Origin: Acetivibrio sp.
Lineage (GTDB): Bacteria; Bacillota; Clostridia; Lachnospirales; Lachnospiraceae
Assembly (NCBI GenBank): GCA_036658435.1
Contig: JAVXEO010000004.1
Span: 120 to 64,119, forward strand
Direction: 5' to 3'
DNA length: 64,000 nt
The translations under genes and the position numbers were made by a program. The notes below the pieces were generated by a model that saw nothing but the letters and a program-made list of their open reading frames with translations, was not told where the DNA came from and did no database searches. Below, in pieces: positions 26,879 to 36,397 of this stretch. Position 1 is the stretch's first letter, and every line of letters begins with the position of its first letter.

Positions 26879-27019
26879 ACTGATCATCCTCCAAAAAAAT
26901 CTGTATTTCATGAAAATTTCTACTTATTACAGTAGCATACATACTTTTTATTGTCAACTTAAATACCACATATAGTGCCTGTTTTTTTATTTTCAACTAA
27001 ATGTTGAAAAACGCCCATT

Positions 27020-27718
27020 TTATCTTACTCCTCGTAATTCTACATTTGTGGAACAATCAAGTAGAATTTTTTTGAATTCTTTCATTTTTTTCGGTTCGAT
27101 CTCATGTAAATTGGGGTTTATCAGCATTCCTGAATTTTCAAATGCCTGAAGAAAATATTTTTTTGCTCCCCGAATCCATTTTCCAATTTCTTTAATTTCT
27201 TTTTCTGTATGAAATTCTCTTACCAAAGTTGTTCGAAACTCATATGCAACCTCATTCTCCATTAAAAAAGCAACACTTTTTTCAATACCGGAAATATCGA
27301 AATTGGGAATGCCTATGGTTTCTCCATAACGCTGTTTTGCATTTTTTATGTCCATGGCTACGTAGTCAATTAGATTTTCTTTTACAAGTTCTTTTAATTT
27401 TTCAGGAAACGTACCGTTGGTGTCCAGCTTGACTAAGTATCCCATACTTTTAATCTTATATAGGAAGTCTCCAATCTCTTTTTGCAATAAGGGTTCCCCC
27501 CCTGTAATACACACCCCATCTAAAATGCCCTTTCTTTTTTCCAGAAATGTAAAAATCTCCTGTTCCGAAAGCAAAGGAGTTTCCTCTGTTTTCAAAACAA
27601 GAGATGCATTGTGGCAAAAAGGACATCTCAGATTGCAACTTTTCGTAAATATGGTGCAGCAAACCTTATCCGGATAATCCAATAAGGATGTTTTTTGTAT
27701 GCCTCCAATTTCTATCAT
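27020..27718 (-). CDS. nrdG: Anaerobic ribonucleotide reductase activating protein (radical SAM)
   Basis: 232 aa. CNLRCPFCHN radical-SAM cluster motif and GGEPLL. Lies directly upstream of nrdD. Confidence 0.9.
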   Translation of the reverse strand: MIEIGGIQKTSLLDYPDKVCCTIFTKSCNLRCPFCHNASLVLKTEETPLLSEQEIFTFLEKRKGILDGVCITGGEPLLQKEIGDFLYKIKSMGYLVKLDTNGTFPEKLKELVKENLIDYVAMDIKNAKQRYGETIGIPNFDISGIEKSVAFLMENEVAYEFRTTLVREFHTEKEIKEIGKWIRGAKKYFLQAFENSGMLINPNLHEIEPKKMKEFKKILLDCSTNVELRGVR

Positions 27719-27742
27719 TTTATACCTATACCTCTGCTTGTT

Positions 27743-29404
27743 TTATTTTACGGTAACTTTACATTTTGCCTTTTTTACAGTGTTTCCATCGATTGCAGTC
27801 ACTGTAATGGTGGTGGTTCCTTTGTTCTTTGCTGCCACATTTCCCGAAGAGGAAACCTTTGCCACTTTGGGATTACTGGTATCGTAGACAATACTGGCAT
27901 ATGCATTGGACTCTTTTATGGCTGCTTCTAATCGGAATTTTTCTCCCTTTTTCAAGGTCTTTTTTGTCGTTGATAACTTTATCCCGGTGAGCTTTGGTAC
28001 TACTATTTTTTCTGTATAAACCTGTTCGTTTCCTAAGGAATCTCTTAAATACACGGTATATTCTGTGGTTTCTTTTATGGTTTTTGTTGTTTTATTTTCC
28101 TTCCATTCAAAGGCTTCCCCTTTCTCTCCCTGTTGAAAATAAGAGAGATCCTGGTTGCCTTTTGCATAGCGCAGGGTTAACGTATCCTTCATGGGATTTT
28201 CAATTGTCACATGGCACTTCTTATAATTTGAGTAGGGAAGGTCCGTAACTTCTGTTTGAACCGAAGCCATCATTCCTTTATAGGACATTGCTCCATATAC
28301 ATCAAGAAAAGCCCCATCCCGTACTTTGGAACACAAGGCATCCACTTTCCTGCTTCCGCCTAGTATCATTTTTTTAATTACATTTGCCGGTAAATTTCCA
28401 TAGTAGGAAGCAATCATTGCTGCCGTTCCGGTAACAAATGGAGCCGCCATAGAAGTGCCCGTTTCTTTTACATAGCGGCCCAGGGGAGTATGTTCCTCAT
28501 CTACATAAGCGCTTACAATAGAGGTGCCCGGTGCAGCAATGTCTACGTACTGGTTGCTATAGCAGGAACTGCTGTCCAATTGTCCCGTATTGTTGGTATT
28601 GGCAACCGTTATTATATTGTCCAGCTGATACCCAGCCGGATACACCGGTGACTTAGAAATGTCGTATCCCTGCATATTGGTATCTTTTGTTCCATTCCCT
28701 GCAGCACAAACAAACAGCATCTTTGAATTCTTTATTGCCTTATAAAGAGCTTTGCTGTAATCTGAAGTTCCCAGACTCAGATTGCATATGGAAGCTCCAT
28801 TGTTTTCGGCATATTCAATGGCTTCTATTATCGCAGACATATTGCCTTCCCCTTCACTTCCAAGTGCCTTGCAACTCATAAGTTTTACCTTTGAATAGGC
28901 TGCTACTCCCGCAATTCCAATTCCATTATCTGCTACTGCACCTATAATTCCCGCTACATGGGTTCCATGAATGTCTGCATATAATCCTGTTTTTGAAGAT
29001 TTTTCATAATTGCAGATTTCAGCATTCCCATCTACAAAATTCCAGCCATAATAATCTCCTTCGTATCCGTTTTCATCATTATCCAGAGAACTGTCCATAA
29101 CCTCATCTTCATTCACCCACATATTGGGGGCTAAATCTGCATGCAAATAGTCAATTCCCGTATCTATAATTGCAACTGTAACTTCATTTTCTGCATCCTT
29201 TGATAGCTTCCATGCTTCCTCGATGTTTATATTTTCTATGAGGTCATAATATGCCCACTGTAAATTACTGAATTTATCCTGGGTTACCAAGGTTCTGACC
29301 TTACAGGTTTCTGTTTCCTTTGCCAATGCATGAGGTGTATATCCATTCCACTGAAATAACAAGATCAAGCACAGTAAGCTGCTTACCATTCTTTTTTTGT
29401 TCAT
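27743..29404 (-). CDS. Secreted S8 (subtilisin-family) serine peptidase with C-terminal Big_2-like Ig domain
   Basis: 553 aa with a signal peptide. Catalytic triad motifs AIIDTGID, HGTHVAGIIG, GTSMAAPFVTG. C-terminal YDTSNPKVAKVSSSGNVAAKNKGTTTITVTA is typical of a bacterial Ig-like (group 2) domain. Confidence 0.85.
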   Translation of the reverse strand: MNKKRMVSSLLCLILLFQWNGYTPHALAKETETCKVRTLVTQDKFSNLQWAYYDLIENINIEEAWKLSKDAENEVTVAIIDTGIDYLHADLAPNMWVNEDEVMDSSLDNDENGYEGDYYGWNFVDGNAEICNYEKSSKTGLYADIHGTHVAGIIGAVADNGIGIAGVAAYSKVKLMSCKALGSEGEGNMSAIIEAIEYAENNGASICNLSLGTSDYSKALYKAIKNSKMLFVCAAGNGTKDTNMQGYDISKSPVYPAGYQLDNIITVANTNNTGQLDSSSCYSNQYVDIAAPGTSIVSAYVDEEHTPLGRYVKETGTSMAAPFVTGTAAMIASYYGNLPANVIKKMILGGSRKVDALCSKVRDGAFLDVYGAMSYKGMMASVQTEVTDLPYSNYKKCHVTIENPMKDTLTLRYAKGNQDLSYFQQGEKGEAFEWKENKTTKTIKETTEYTVYLRDSLGNEQVYTEKIVVPKLTGIKLSTTKKTLKKGEKFRLEAAIKESNAYASIVYDTSNPKVAKVSSSGNVAAKNKGTTTITVTAIDGNTVKKAKCKVTVK

Positions 29405-29446
29405 TTTCTACCTCCATTTCCTATCACAAAGATCGGATGGGGAATT

Positions 29447-30304
29447 TTATAATATCCTTAATTCTTTTGCCGACCGTATCCAATACTCTTCCGGTGGATT
29501 TCCTTCTGTATCCAGATTTTTTTCCATAACAGCCAGGTCATATGCTCTTTTCGCACATAACGGCCCCATATTTTCCCCTATTTCCATTGATTTTAAAATA
29601 CACTGTGGCCATACATAAGCATACTGCAAAAGGCTGCTTTTTGCAAACCAGCGATTCACTTTCTCATAAGAAAAGGGAATGCTTAAAAATTGTGCTTTCC
29701 ATTCCTCCCTTTCCCAGGTAAGATATGCCATATTTGCTTTTTTTTGTACACCAATAGCAACCCCAACGGAACCGGGATTGATAATTACTTTTCCGGCATG
29801 TTCATACTGCATCTGCCGGTGCGTATGTCCTGCTACTATATATTTTTCTTTTGATTCTTCCAGATGCTTCTTTGTGTTGTCTTTTCCCGCATCTAAAAGT
29901 TCTCTGGAAGAGGAAATAGAACCATGTACCAGACGAAGAGCTTCTGTACCTTCTATTTTTAAAACCACAGTAGAATCCATGCTTTCGAACCACTCTAAAT
30001 CTTTTTTTGTTAGATTTTCATAGGTGTAGAGAAGGCTTCCCTTATAAGAGGAACATCTCCAGTTCTTTTCATAGCCATCTCGATAATTCAGGAAATATTC
30101 TTCACGATTTCCACGTATCATCCAGGTTGGCATTTGTTTTTTCAACTGATAAATCTTCTCTAAAGTGAGTTGTGGTTCTGGGCAGTCACTGACATAATCT
30201 CCCAGAAACACAACTCCATCTACCGGGTTTTTTTCAATGTAGGCAAGGCAAGCCTCAAAGGCAACGATATTGCTATGAATATCACTCATTACTGCAAGCT
30301 TCAT
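29447..30304 (-). CDS. Metallophosphoesterase family protein
   Basis: 285 aa. MPP motifs MSDIHSN, GDYVSD, GNRE, GHTH. Confidence 0.8.
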   Translation of the reverse strand: MKLAVMSDIHSNIVAFEACLAYIEKNPVDGVVFLGDYVSDCPEPQLTLEKIYQLKKQMPTWMIRGNREEYFLNYRDGYEKNWRCSSYKGSLLYTYENLTKKDLEWFESMDSTVVLKIEGTEALRLVHGSISSSRELLDAGKDNTKKHLEESKEKYIVAGHTHRQMQYEHAGKVIINPGSVGVAIGVQKKANMAYLTWEREEWKAQFLSIPFSYEKVNRWFAKSSLLQYAYVWPQCILKSMEIGENMGPLCAKRAYDLAVMEKNLDTEGNPPEEYWIRSAKELRIL

Positions 30305-30313
30305 TTTAATAAC

Positions 30314-30685
30314 CTACATCATTTTTCCGCATTTATTGCAAAAAGAAGAACCTTGTGAAACGGTGTTTCCACAATCGGAGCAAATGGTGCCACCCTTATT
30401 TTGTGCAATTGCCTCTTTTGCTGCTTCCATTCTTTTTTTTGATTTTTCTATTTTTTCAACACAGGAAGAAAACTCGGATCCTAAAAGTTCCAGGATTTCT
30501 TCGTCCTCTTTACAGCTGCGATAAAGCAATTCCCCCAGCATATGATATTGATTATCAATTTTTCCATTTTCTGATAGTATAATCCCATGCTGTTTTGCTG
30601 AATCGGAGGCATCTTTGGTCATCTTTACAATTTCACTTCCCATATTCGAAAGTTCTTCACCCATTTTATTAAATATATCCACCAT
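30314..30685 (-). CDS. Zinc-ribbon domain protein
   Basis: 123 aa. Helical N-terminus and a C-terminal CSDCG...CNKCG ribbon. Confidence 0.6.
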   Translation of the reverse strand: MVDIFNKMGEELSNMGSEIVKMTKDASDSAKQHGIILSENGKIDNQYHMLGELLYRSCKEDEEILELLGSEFSSCVEKIEKSKKRMEAAKEAIAQNKGGTICSDCGNTVSQGSSFCNKCGKMM

Positions 30686-30713
30686 ACTAACTCCTTTCTA
30701 TGGACAAAATATA

Positions 30714-31997
30714 TTATCCGCGCAAAATAATATCTTCTCTTCCCGGTCCATTGGATACCATTGTAATAGGGAATTCAATTTGTTCTTCTACAAATTCGAT
30801 ATATTTTCTGCAGTTTTCCGGTAGTTCATCATAATTTTTAATTCCACGAATGTCACAATTCCATCCAGGCAATACCTGAATCACCGGTTTTGCCTTTTCC
30901 AAAAGAGTTGTAGTTGGAAAGTCTGTACTTACTTTTCCATTTATTTCATAGCCTGTACATACCGGAATCTCTTTTAAATATCCAAGAACATCTAGTACGG
31001 TAAATGCCACATCGGTTGTTCCCTGCAAGCGGCAGCCATACTTAGAAGCAACGCAGTCAAACCATCCCATACGTCTTGGGCGTCCTGTTGTTGCTCCGTA
31101 CTCTCCTCCATCGCCGCCTCGTCTTCTGAGTTCGTCGGCTTCTTCCCCGAAAATCTCACTGACAAAAGCGCCGCCACCAACTGCACTGGAATACGCTTTA
31201 CACACCGTAATGATTTTTTTAATTTCGTAAGGAGGAATTCCGGCCCCGATGGCTCCATAAGCAGCCAGAGTAGAAGAAGAAGTGACCATTGGATAAATCC
31301 CATGATCCGGATCCTTCAAGGTTCCAAGTTGTCCTTCTAGCAGTATTTCTTTTCCTTCTTTGATTGCCTTCCATAAATAACTGGAAACATCACACACATA
31401 AGGTGCAATCATTTCTCTATATTCAAGGAGCGTACAAAGTAATTCTTCCGGTTTTAATGCCGGTTTGTGATATAGATGTTCCAAAATAACATTTTTTTGT
31501 TCACAAATGCGCTCTGTTTTTTCTTTTAATCCTTCTTCATCAAATAGTTCACTGACCTGGAATCCAATTTTAGCATATTTATCCGAATAAAATGGTGCAA
31601 TTCCTGATTTGGTAGAACCAAATGATTTTCCGCCTAATCTTTCTTCTTCATATTCATCAAAAAGGATATGATATGGCATTACTATCTGTGCCCGGTCTGA
31701 AACCAAAATCTTTGGTGTTGGGACTCCTCTGTCAACAATTGACTGAATTTCCTTGAATAAAACCGGAATATTCAAAGCGACTCCATTACCTATCACGCTG
31801 GTTGTATGATTGTAAAATACCCCTGACGGTAAGGTATGCAATGCAAATTTACCGTAATTGTTTACGATGGTATGTCCTGCATTTGCTCCACCTTGAAATC
31901 TTACTATAATATCAGCTTCCTTTGCCATCATATCGGTGATTTTACCCTTACCTTCATCACCCCAGTTAGCTCCTACCACTGCTTTTACCATATTCAA
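30714..31997 (-). CDS. purA: Adenylosuccinate synthase
   Basis: 427 aa. GDEGKGK P-loop, GNGVA, and TTGRPRRxGW motif. Confidence 0.95.
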   Translation of the reverse strand: MNMVKAVVGANWGDEGKGKITDMMAKEADIIVRFQGGANAGHTIVNNYGKFALHTLPSGVFYNHTTSVIGNGVALNIPVLFKEIQSIVDRGVPTPKILVSDRAQIVMPYHILFDEYEEERLGGKSFGSTKSGIAPFYSDKYAKIGFQVSELFDEEGLKEKTERICEQKNVILEHLYHKPALKPEELLCTLLEYREMIAPYVCDVSSYLWKAIKEGKEILLEGQLGTLKDPDHGIYPMVTSSSTLAAYGAIGAGIPPYEIKKIITVCKAYSSAVGGGAFVSEIFGEEADELRRRGGDGGEYGATTGRPRRMGWFDCVASKYGCRLQGTTDVAFTVLDVLGYLKEIPVCTGYEINGKVSTDFPTTTLLEKAKPVIQVLPGWNCDIRGIKNYDELPENCRKYIEFVEEQIEFPITMVSNGPGREDIILRG

Positions 31998-32029
31998 AAC
32001 CTCCTACATATTCTATATTACCGCAATAT

Positions 32030-32058
32030 ATTATAGCATACCTCCGGTTATAAGTAAA
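32030..32058 (-). promoter_or_regulatory. Candidate purA promoter
   Basis: Minus strand reads TTTACT (32058-32053), 17 nt, TGC-TATAAT (32035-32030). Confidence 0.45.
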
Positions 32059-32069
32059 ATAGTTAATTA

Positions 32070-32111
32070 TTTCAAAAATGCCCCACTTTGTAAAAAGTAA
32101 AGTGGGGCATT
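32070..32111 (-). terminator. Intrinsic terminator after the MCP gene
   Basis: 13-bp stem AATGCCCCACTTT (32077-32089) / AAAGTGGGGCATT (32099-32111). A T-run follows in the minus-strand sense, and one also follows on the plus strand. Confidence 0.7.
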
Positions 32112-32121
32112 CTCTTTTTTT

Positions 32122-34239
32122 CTATTCCTTTTTCAATAAAATAAACTTATCTACCAATTCCTGCAAAAGTCTTGACTGTGCTGCCAGCTCTTCACTGCTA
32201 GCCGAACTTTCCTCTGCCATGGCTGTATTCTCTTCTATAACACTTGCAATCTGCTCCACTGCCTGGGCAATCTGATCGAGTGCCGTTGCCTGTGTTCCCG
32301 ATGCCGTTGATATTTCATCAATGCTTGTAATTAGGCCTTGTGCCTTAACTGCAGATTTCTGAAGCATTTCTGCTGCTTTATCTGCCAATCTTTTTCCGTT
32401 TTCCACCGCTTTGATGGAATTTGCAATCAGGGTTGTGGAACTTTTTGCTGCCTCGGCACTCTGGTTTGCCAATGCACCTACTTCATTTGCAACAACGGCG
32501 AACCCTTTTCCTGCCTCTCCGGCTCTGGCTGCTTCTATCGAAGCATTTAAAGACAATAAGTTTGTCTGGGATGCAATGTCATCAATGGTATTAATAATAT
32601 GACTGATTTCATTGGAGCTTGCCGTAATCAGGTTCATGGCCTCTACCATTTCTCTCATTTGCTCATTTGTATCTTGTATTTCTTCCCCTACCTCTTTTAC
32701 TATCTTATTTGCAGTTCCTGCATTCTCGGCATTTCTATCCACTTCACCGGAAACACTGGTAACCGTTGCCTGCAATTCTTCAATGGAACTTGCCTGATCT
32801 GTGGCTCCTTCTGTTAAAGACTGGGCTCCCTCTGCTATTTGTCCTGCGCTGTCTGCTACCATAGCCGAGGAATTGTTAATTTGAGAAAGAGTATCTGAAA
32901 TTTTCACAAGAAAATATTCCAAAGAGCTCTTAATTCCCGAGAATTCTCCTACATACTCAACATTTGGCCTTAAATCGAAATTTCCTTTTGACATTTCTTC
33001 CATGCCCCGGGATAAGTCATTTACGATTCCACGAAGGGTCATCACCGTACTTTTAAATGCATTTTCCAACTTGCCGATTTCATCTTGATTTTCTGCCTTT
33101 AATTCAATTTCAAAATCACCTTTTGACAGTTTCTCTGCCGCTTCTACCACTGCATAAATTGGATGAATGAATTTTTTAATCAGCATTGCCATAGCTACAA
33201 CCAGAATAACTAAAATAACCAAAGATAAGCTGACCATCCACATACTCAGACTGCTTACATCTTTGTTTAAGTCTGATTTTTCCAAAGCACTGGCCGCCCA
33301 CCAGGTTTCGTTAGCAGCAATTACCGGATAGTAAAATCGTGACACTTTCTTACCACTGTCTTTCAGCGTTTCTACTGAAAAAGGTTTTCCTTTTTCAATT
33401 TCCTTTTTTATCTTTCCATATTGCTTTTCGCCAAGTAAATCCCTTTGATTCTGACCTGCGTACTCATCAGACTCACTGTCATAAATAAACACACCCTCCG
33501 ACGTCAAAACATTGGCAAACATAGTAGGATACTTTTCATCGGATGTTTTTATTTTGTCAAAATTGCTTATATTAATATCCACCGATATAACACCTTGAAC
33601 GGTTCCTTTGTAAATAATAGGATAGGATACAGAGACCATCTTAATTCCATTGTATTCATATGGTTTGGTAAAGCATGCTTTTTGGCTTTCTTTGGCATTC
33701 ATATAAAATTCTTCTTTACTAAACTCCTGGTAAGTACCAAAAATAGCCACTGCTTTCCTTTTTGCGTCTTCTACATTTACGTAAATACCATAATCCGAAA
33801 GAGAAGGATCAAAACATTTTGGTTCAAAGAAAAGTCCCATTCCTTCAATGTCTGCATTATTCGCAACTACAGACCAGGCATTGTTCAGAAAATATTTTTC
33901 AAGCTCGCCATTTAGATTCTCTATCGGCACTTTGTATGCTTTACTTATTTTCTTTTCACCTACATATCCATCTTTTTCATACGTGATAAACTGCTCATCT
34001 ATGTAACTTTGTAAATTTTTTGCAATATCCGTTGCATTGGATAAAATAGACTGTACCATGACACCATTTTGTGCCGCAATACCTGAAAATTCTCCATCAA
34101 TGGCATTCACCACGGATTTTCTTGCCACCGTTAAGCTAAATAGCACTAACACCGTCAGCATTGCTGTTAGCAAGGTTCCCACTGCAAAAGAGGTTTTTGT
34201 TGACAAGCTCCAATCTCGAAATTTTTTCTTTTGCTTCAT
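32122..34239 (-). CDS. Methyl-accepting chemotaxis protein (Cache-type periplasmic sensor, HAMP, MA domain)
   Basis: 705 aa. Two TM helices flank a ~300-aa extracellular domain, followed by HAMP. The highly conserved signalling hairpin reads [32 protein letters not shown]. Confidence 0.9.
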   Translation of the reverse strand: MKQKKKFRDWSLSTKTSFAVGTLLTAMLTVLVLFSLTVARKSVVNAIDGEFSGIAAQNGVMVQSILSNATDIAKNLQSYIDEQFITYEKDGYVGEKKISKAYKVPIENLNGELEKYFLNNAWSVVANNADIEGMGLFFEPKCFDPSLSDYGIYVNVEDAKRKAVAIFGTYQEFSKEEFYMNAKESQKACFTKPYEYNGIKMVSVSYPIIYKGTVQGVISVDINISNFDKIKTSDEKYPTMFANVLTSEGVFIYDSESDEYAGQNQRDLLGEKQYGKIKKEIEKGKPFSVETLKDSGKKVSRFYYPVIAANETWWAASALEKSDLNKDVSSLSMWMVSLSLVILVILVVAMAMLIKKFIHPIYAVVEAAEKLSKGDFEIELKAENQDEIGKLENAFKSTVMTLRGIVNDLSRGMEEMSKGNFDLRPNVEYVGEFSGIKSSLEYFLVKISDTLSQINNSSAMVADSAGQIAEGAQSLTEGATDQASSIEELQATVTSVSGEVDRNAENAGTANKIVKEVGEEIQDTNEQMREMVEAMNLITASSNEISHIINTIDDIASQTNLLSLNASIEAARAGEAGKGFAVVANEVGALANQSAEAAKSSTTLIANSIKAVENGKRLADKAAEMLQKSAVKAQGLITSIDEISTASGTQATALDQIAQAVEQIASVIEENTAMAEESSASSEELAAQSRLLQELVDKFILLKKE

Positions 34240-34276
34240 TATATTAATCTCCTTCTTTCCAAAACATATTTATTTT

Positions 34277-34305
34277 ATTTTATCTCTTTTTTATACGGTA
34301 GTCAA
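34277..34305 (-). promoter_or_regulatory. Candidate MCP promoter
   Basis: Minus strand reads TTGACT (34305-34300), 17 nt, TAAAAT (34282-34277). Confidence 0.45.
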
Positions 34306-34370
34306 TTATTTTTCTCTTATTCGTAAATTTATTTTCCTTATTTGTGTTGTTTTGCATCCTTTTGTGTTTT

Positions 34371-34400
34371 TATGTAATGGGAACACTTTCCTATTACATA
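34371..34400. repeat. 13-bp imperfect inverted repeat without a U-tract
   Basis: TATGTAATGGGAA-CACT-TTCCTATTACATA with one mismatch, 20 nt beyond the GGDEF-EAL stop. On either strand it has T's 5' and A's 3', so it does not look like a canonical terminator. Confidence 0.4.
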
Positions 34401-34419
34401 AAAAAGGATATCGTATCTT

Positions 34420-36321
34420 TCACGACATCCTTTCGCCAAGCTCTTTTTTTAGGAGAATAACCAGCTGCTTTAACTCCTGATTTTCTTTTTCCAGTGCAAA
34501 TTCTCTCTCTTTTTCCCTTGTAACGTCATTAATTGCCGCATAAAATAAAACCCTGTGCTTATCTCCTGTGAAATATCGTATCTTTGTATGCAGCCAGAGT
34601 AATTTCCCATTTTTACAAATTCGCCGAAAAAGACCTTCTGTTATTTCTTTGGTTTCCAGCGCCTGGAGATACATATTTTGTATAATTTCTTGATCTTCTT
34701 CATAAATTCGGCTTTCAAGAGGAACTTCACTTTGGTAATATTCTTCCCGGGTTTCTCCTATCATATCAAAATAGCTGTCATTCAAGCGAATGGCTTCAAT
34801 ATGTCCCTTGCTGTATTCATAGATTCCAACGGCACTTATCATGCTGTTAAACATAGCATTAACCGGTGCCGTAGGATCCCAGACTGCATCCATTGACATG
34901 GGTTCTTCCAGATTATCATAAGTATAAGGACCGGACTCTTCCATACGTTCCAAATAAATTTCATATTCATCAATCGGCATTGGTTTTGCATAATAATACC
35001 CTTGTGCAATGGTGCATCCAATACTGCGCAAAAAATCAACCTGCTCTTTGGTTTCCACCCCTTCTGCAATACAGGCCAGCTTCAGCCACTTTGCCATTCG
35101 CACCACCGATGCAAGAATATTACCTCCCCTTGCCATCTTATCTTCCCCTGATAAAAATATAAGATCCAGTTTTAAGATATCCACAACCGCTTCCTTAAGC
35201 ATATTAAGGGAAGAATATCCACTTCCGAAATCGTCCATAAGCACGGTAAATCCATACTTCTGCAAGCGTTCCATAACGCTAATCAAAAGATTCTGGCTAT
35301 CTGAATATGCACTTTCTGTTATCTCAAGTTCCAACAGTTTAACCGGCAAATCATACTTTTCTACCATTCCAATTATTGTATCACATAGCTTTGGATTGTA
35401 TAAATTAATTCTTGAAACATTTACCGAAATTGGATGAGGATGCTTACCTTCATCAAGCCATTTTCGAATCAGCTTACAGGATTCTTCCCATACATAGGCA
35501 TCTAACTTCATGATTAAGCCATTTCGTTCAAAAATAGGAATAAAATCCCCTGGAAATATCATCCCTCTTTTGGGATAATTCCAGCGAACCAATACTTCTG
35601 CTGCCACGGGTACTCCTGTTTGAATGTTGCATTGTGGCTGCAGGTATATAACAAACTGTTTTTCTAAAAGTGCCGTTGCCATCTGGTTTACAATTTCTTG
35701 TTCCCAAAGCATGGCTTTTCTCAGATTTTCATCATAATAAGCGTATCTTTTTATATAGTTTCCTTTAATGGTACGAATGGCAAGGTTGGTTCGGTCACAC
35801 ATAAGATTGATTGGCATATCATGATTTTTAATAACATACATTCCAAAATAAGGTACAATTTCAAAATCAATCTCATATTCCGAAAGTATCTTTTCAATAT
35901 AATCAATCATTTTCATGTCATTATCTTCACTGTAAACAAAGCAAATATAAAAAATATCGGCTTCCGTTCTTCCAAACGTAATAAGGGGATTCATACTTAG
36001 CTTATAGCGCAGCTTATCCCCTATATATCGAAGGAGCTTATCTCCCTCTTCACGTCCCCAAAGTTCATTAATAATCTTAAAACGTTCAATATCCATACGA
36101 AGCATAACAAACTGCATCTGTCTGTTATCAAGAAGCATCTTTTTGGTTTCTGCATAAAAGGTCGTTCGATTGTAAAGACCAGAAACCGTATCATATCGCT
36201 TATAAAACTCCAACTCAAGTTTTAATGACTTGCATTTCTTTTCTTCTAATAGTAGTTCTTGCCGCAATTCCACTTCCTTACTATCTTTTTCTTGCTTTCC
36301 CATATGCCTTCCCCCAAACAT
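34420..36321 (-). CDS. c-di-GMP signalling protein: degenerate GGDEF + intact EAL + C-terminal PAS
   Basis: The GGDEF site reads EADIF (GRTEADIFY). The EAL domain keeps EVL, NVSR, ELEITES, DDFGSGYSSL, KLD, EGVET, QGYY. A PAS-like C-terminus follows. Start uncertain: the track ATG 36348 overlaps a TGCTATACT -10-like element, so ATG 36321 (AGAGGAA upstream) or 36303 is more likely. Confidence 0.85.
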   Translation of the reverse strand: MFGGRHMGKQEKDSKEVELRQELLLEEKKCKSLKLELEFYKRYDTVSGLYNRTTFYAETKKMLLDNRQMQFVMLRMDIERFKIINELWGREEGDKLLRYIGDKLRYKLSMNPLITFGRTEADIFYICFVYSEDNDMKMIDYIEKILSEYEIDFEIVPYFGMYVIKNHDMPINLMCDRTNLAIRTIKGNYIKRYAYYDENLRKAMLWEQEIVNQMATALLEKQFVIYLQPQCNIQTGVPVAAEVLVRWNYPKRGMIFPGDFIPIFERNGLIMKLDAYVWEESCKLIRKWLDEGKHPHPISVNVSRINLYNPKLCDTIIGMVEKYDLPVKLLELEITESAYSDSQNLLISVMERLQKYGFTVLMDDFGSGYSSLNMLKEAVVDILKLDLIFLSGEDKMARGGNILASVVRMAKWLKLACIAEGVETKEQVDFLRSIGCTIAQGYYYAKPMPIDEYEIYLERMEESGPYTYDNLEEPMSMDAVWDPTAPVNAMFNSMISAVGIYEYSKGHIEAIRLNDSYFDMIGETREEYYQSEVPLESRIYEEDQEIIQNMYLQALETKEITEGLFRRICKNGKLLWLHTKIRYFTGDKHRVLFYAAINDVTREKEREFALEKENQELKQLVILLKKELGERMS

Positions 36322-36397
36322 ACAAATATATTCCTCTAAGTATAGCATTCTTTTTCATACAAAACAAGCATCCGGAATGAATTTTTTCCCCCTTAAA

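Noticed and set aside
26879-26911. 11-codon N-terminal extension of nrdD (MKYRFFWRMIS) in the ORF track; similar extensions occur for the Nudix gene (821-835), the DeoR gene (59159-59173), gene D (17638-17685) and the GGDEF-EAL gene (36322-36348).
   Set aside because: The downstream ATGs have clear SD sequences at proper spacing and begin at the conserved domain start. The extensions lack an SD or overlap promoter elements or upstream genes.
26961-27008. Pair of NrdR boxes in front of nrdD.
   Set aside because: The CAC-TATAT-GTG element is shorter than the 16-bp NrdR consensus (acaCwAtATaTwGtgt). The second palindrome (TTCAAC-N5-GTTGAA) does not resemble that consensus. The centre-to-centre distance (~28-29 bp) is off the usual ~31-32 bp.
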